Of a stretch of 64,000 nucleotides of DNA, positions 62,171 through 64,000 are shown piece after piece. The DNA comes from Mobula hypostoma. Lineage: Eukaryota. A program made the position numbers and the translations under genes. Under the pieces are notes generated by a model. The model saw only the letters and a list, made by a program, of their open reading frames with translations. It was not told the origin of the DNA and searched no databases. Each line of letters begins with the position of its first letter. The stretch's first letter is position 1. The DNA is taken from NCBI RefSeq assembly GCF_963921235.1, contig NC_086114.1, positions 48,980,001 through 49,044,000 of the forward strand. Direction: 5' to 3'.

Positions 62171-63358
62171 AGAGATAAAGAAACTCTATTTCCACTGGCA
62201 CAGACACAGAGGCTGAAAGACCTCCTGTTGTATCACAAGCATTCACACACCCCCAATTTATTTGGCAGTGGGAGGTGGATCATTCAAATGTCGCCCACCT
62301 ATCTATTGAAGCACTATGTGTAAATGCTCCAACAGAGTACAGACTTCAGTGACAGCCCATACAAAGTGGAACTGAATGAAAAATATAATTGTGCAGCATA
62401 GGAGAAGGCCATTCAGCCCATAAGATTTGTGATGAGCATGATGCCAAATTAAGCTAATCACGCCTGCTTACACGTGAGCCCTATTCCTCCATTCCTTCTG
62501 CTTTCAAGACTATCTAAAACAGGGGTTCCCAACCAGGGATCCACAAACCCCCTCCGTTAGTGGTAAGGCCTCACAGCACTTAAAAGATTGGGAATCCCAG
62601 CCTTTCAACCAATTCTAAAAGCTTCTTAAATACCACTATTGCATCAGCTTTCACCACAACCTGGGGGAAGAGGGGTTCCAGGGACCTACCACTCCGTGTA
62701 ACAAAAAGCTTGCCCGACACGAGATGTTGCCAGGCCCAGAGGGCCTGAGCTATATGGGGAGGTTGGCCAGGCTAGCGTTTTATTTCTTGGGATGTAGGAG
62801 AATGAGTGGCAAGCTTAGAGAACTGTTTAAAATTATGAGAGACATTGATAAGCTGGTTGGTAACAGTCACTTCCTCAAGGCAGGGGAGCCCAGAACTAGG
62901 CAGCATTGGTTTAGGATTTTAAAGGGACCCAAGAAGCAGCTTTTTCACCAAAAATGTGTTGAGAGTATGGGACAGGCTGCCATTATATCAGGTGGAATTA
63001 TATCATTTAGGAATCACAATGGAGAGATGCGGCTTGGAGAGATATGGGACAAACACAGGACATTGGAACTAGCTAGGTGGACACCATGGTTTGTATGGAA
63101 TTGTTAGGCTGAAGCACCCGTGTCCAAGCTATAGTGATCTATGACTCCATCCACTTTAAACCTCACTGTAAAGCCATGTCCTTTAGTATTTAACATTTCT
63201 ACCCTGGGTAAAATATTCCATCTGTGATAATTTTATCACCTATGACAATTTTATAAATTACTATCATGCTTCCCCTCGGCCTCTAAGGTTTAAGGTTGTT
63301 ATAAAGTTCCAGAACTTATGCAGCCAGGCCGAACCAAAGTTTTCAACTTAAAATACGA

Positions 63359-63418
63359 TCACGAGATGCACATTGAGCAGTCTGTGCTCTCATCGGTCCA
63401 CAGTCCTGGATTAAACCT
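63359..63418 (-). CDS. Candidate last coding exon of the same unidentified gene (RFNPGLWTDESTDCSMCIS*)
   Basis: Strong acceptor tatttttgctttctctttgtcaatag|AGG TTT AAT CCA. In phase with the 63899-63955 exon across a 480-bp intron; TGA at 63359-63361. Confidence 0.4.
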   Translation of the reverse strand, partial: RFNPGLWTDESTDCSMCIS

Positions 63419-63898
63419 CTATTGACAAAGAGAAAGCAAAAATACTAGTATGTATGGTGCCTCTATTGTACACACGCTGTTCACTGGATAGTGGCGCAAT
63501 CGCTCAATTAAATTCCCTAATGAATCCAGAATCACGGGCACAACATAAAAAAGGATAGACAACTTATGAAAGGACTGTAACAAGTTACAGAAGAGTCAGT
63601 TGTGACAATTAAATTAGTGTTGGAGAATTTTCACTGAACCAACCCATGGCAAGAAAACAATTTCAAAAATGTAATTAATTAAAATGATTTCACATAACAC
63701 TCCGGTAACACATTTCAACTGTAATTCCCAGTTTTTATTCAAAGCACTTAATATAATTCATACTCAGTAAAATATCTAAAATAATGGAATTAGATCACTA
63801 GTCCACATTATAAATGAACGTGTACTCCATTCTGAAAGTGGTTTCTTGAACCTCAGAGCCACAAGGACCATACTGATTACTATTTATCATTAACATAC

Positions 63899-63955
63899 TT
63901 CAAATCTGTGAATAAAATCTAGTGCATTTTGATCGTCTTGCAGTTTTTTGACAAG
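63899..63955 (-). CDS. Candidate internal exon of an unidentified gene (LVKKLQDDQNALDFIHRFE, phase 0-0)
   Basis: Acceptor tagttttcccccag|CTT; donor TTT GAA|gtatgt; 57 nt open frame with protein-like composition. I do not recognise the protein. Confidence 0.5.
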
Positions 63956-64000
63956 CTGGGGGAAAACTACTTATACACTAAGTATTACAGTAACTTAATT

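Noticed and set aside
62520-62600. Possible 80-bp hAT mini-MITE (caggggttcccaacc...ttgggaatcccag)
   Set aside because: Right TIR is decayed and the TSD does not abut it, so boundaries are unsupported.
1-64000. CRISPR array, rRNA, intact tRNA or snoRNA genes
   Set aside because: No repeat-spacer array (the tandem arrays lack unique spacers). tRNA-like heads are SINEs, and no convincing C/D or H/ACA box pairs were seen.

Overview
AT-rich vertebrate DNA, at least two-thirds transposon-derived by my visual estimate. The repeat set (CR1, Rex1/Babar, Tx1-like L1, Penelope-like, tRNA-SINEs, Tc1/hAT MITEs, Gypsy LTRs) suggests a cartilaginous fish, probably a ray; this is inference. The only host gene I recognise is CD276 (B7-H3) on the minus strand. 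Its IgV exon (37722-38072) and IgC exon (34523-34819) have clean phase-1 splice sites. A probable last coding exon lies at 26817-26886 and a probable 3' UTR exon starts at 25195. I could not find a signal-peptide or transmembrane exon. Two in-phase candidate exons of an unidentified minus-strand gene lie at 63359-63955. The largest element is a very young 4.86-kb Gmr1-like Gypsy LTR retrotransposon (54243-59103). Its LTRs differ by one G. It has an open SCAN-like gag, and its pol has lost the IN, RT and RNase H catalytic cores but remains in frame. The window also holds many Penelope-like tails carrying a minimal type I hammerhead ribozyme motif, including three young TSD-flanked mini-insertions of 98-210 bp whose 5' ends fall at the ribozyme. 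The best leads are (1) the hammerhead mini-elements, (2) the in-frame Gag-PR non-autonomous Gmr1-like element and (3) a possibly secreted B7-H3. None is proven novel without database searches. There is no CRISPR array, rRNA or intact tRNA gene. Most ORFs in the supplied track are repeat-derived or chance. Boundaries of degraded repeats are approximate.
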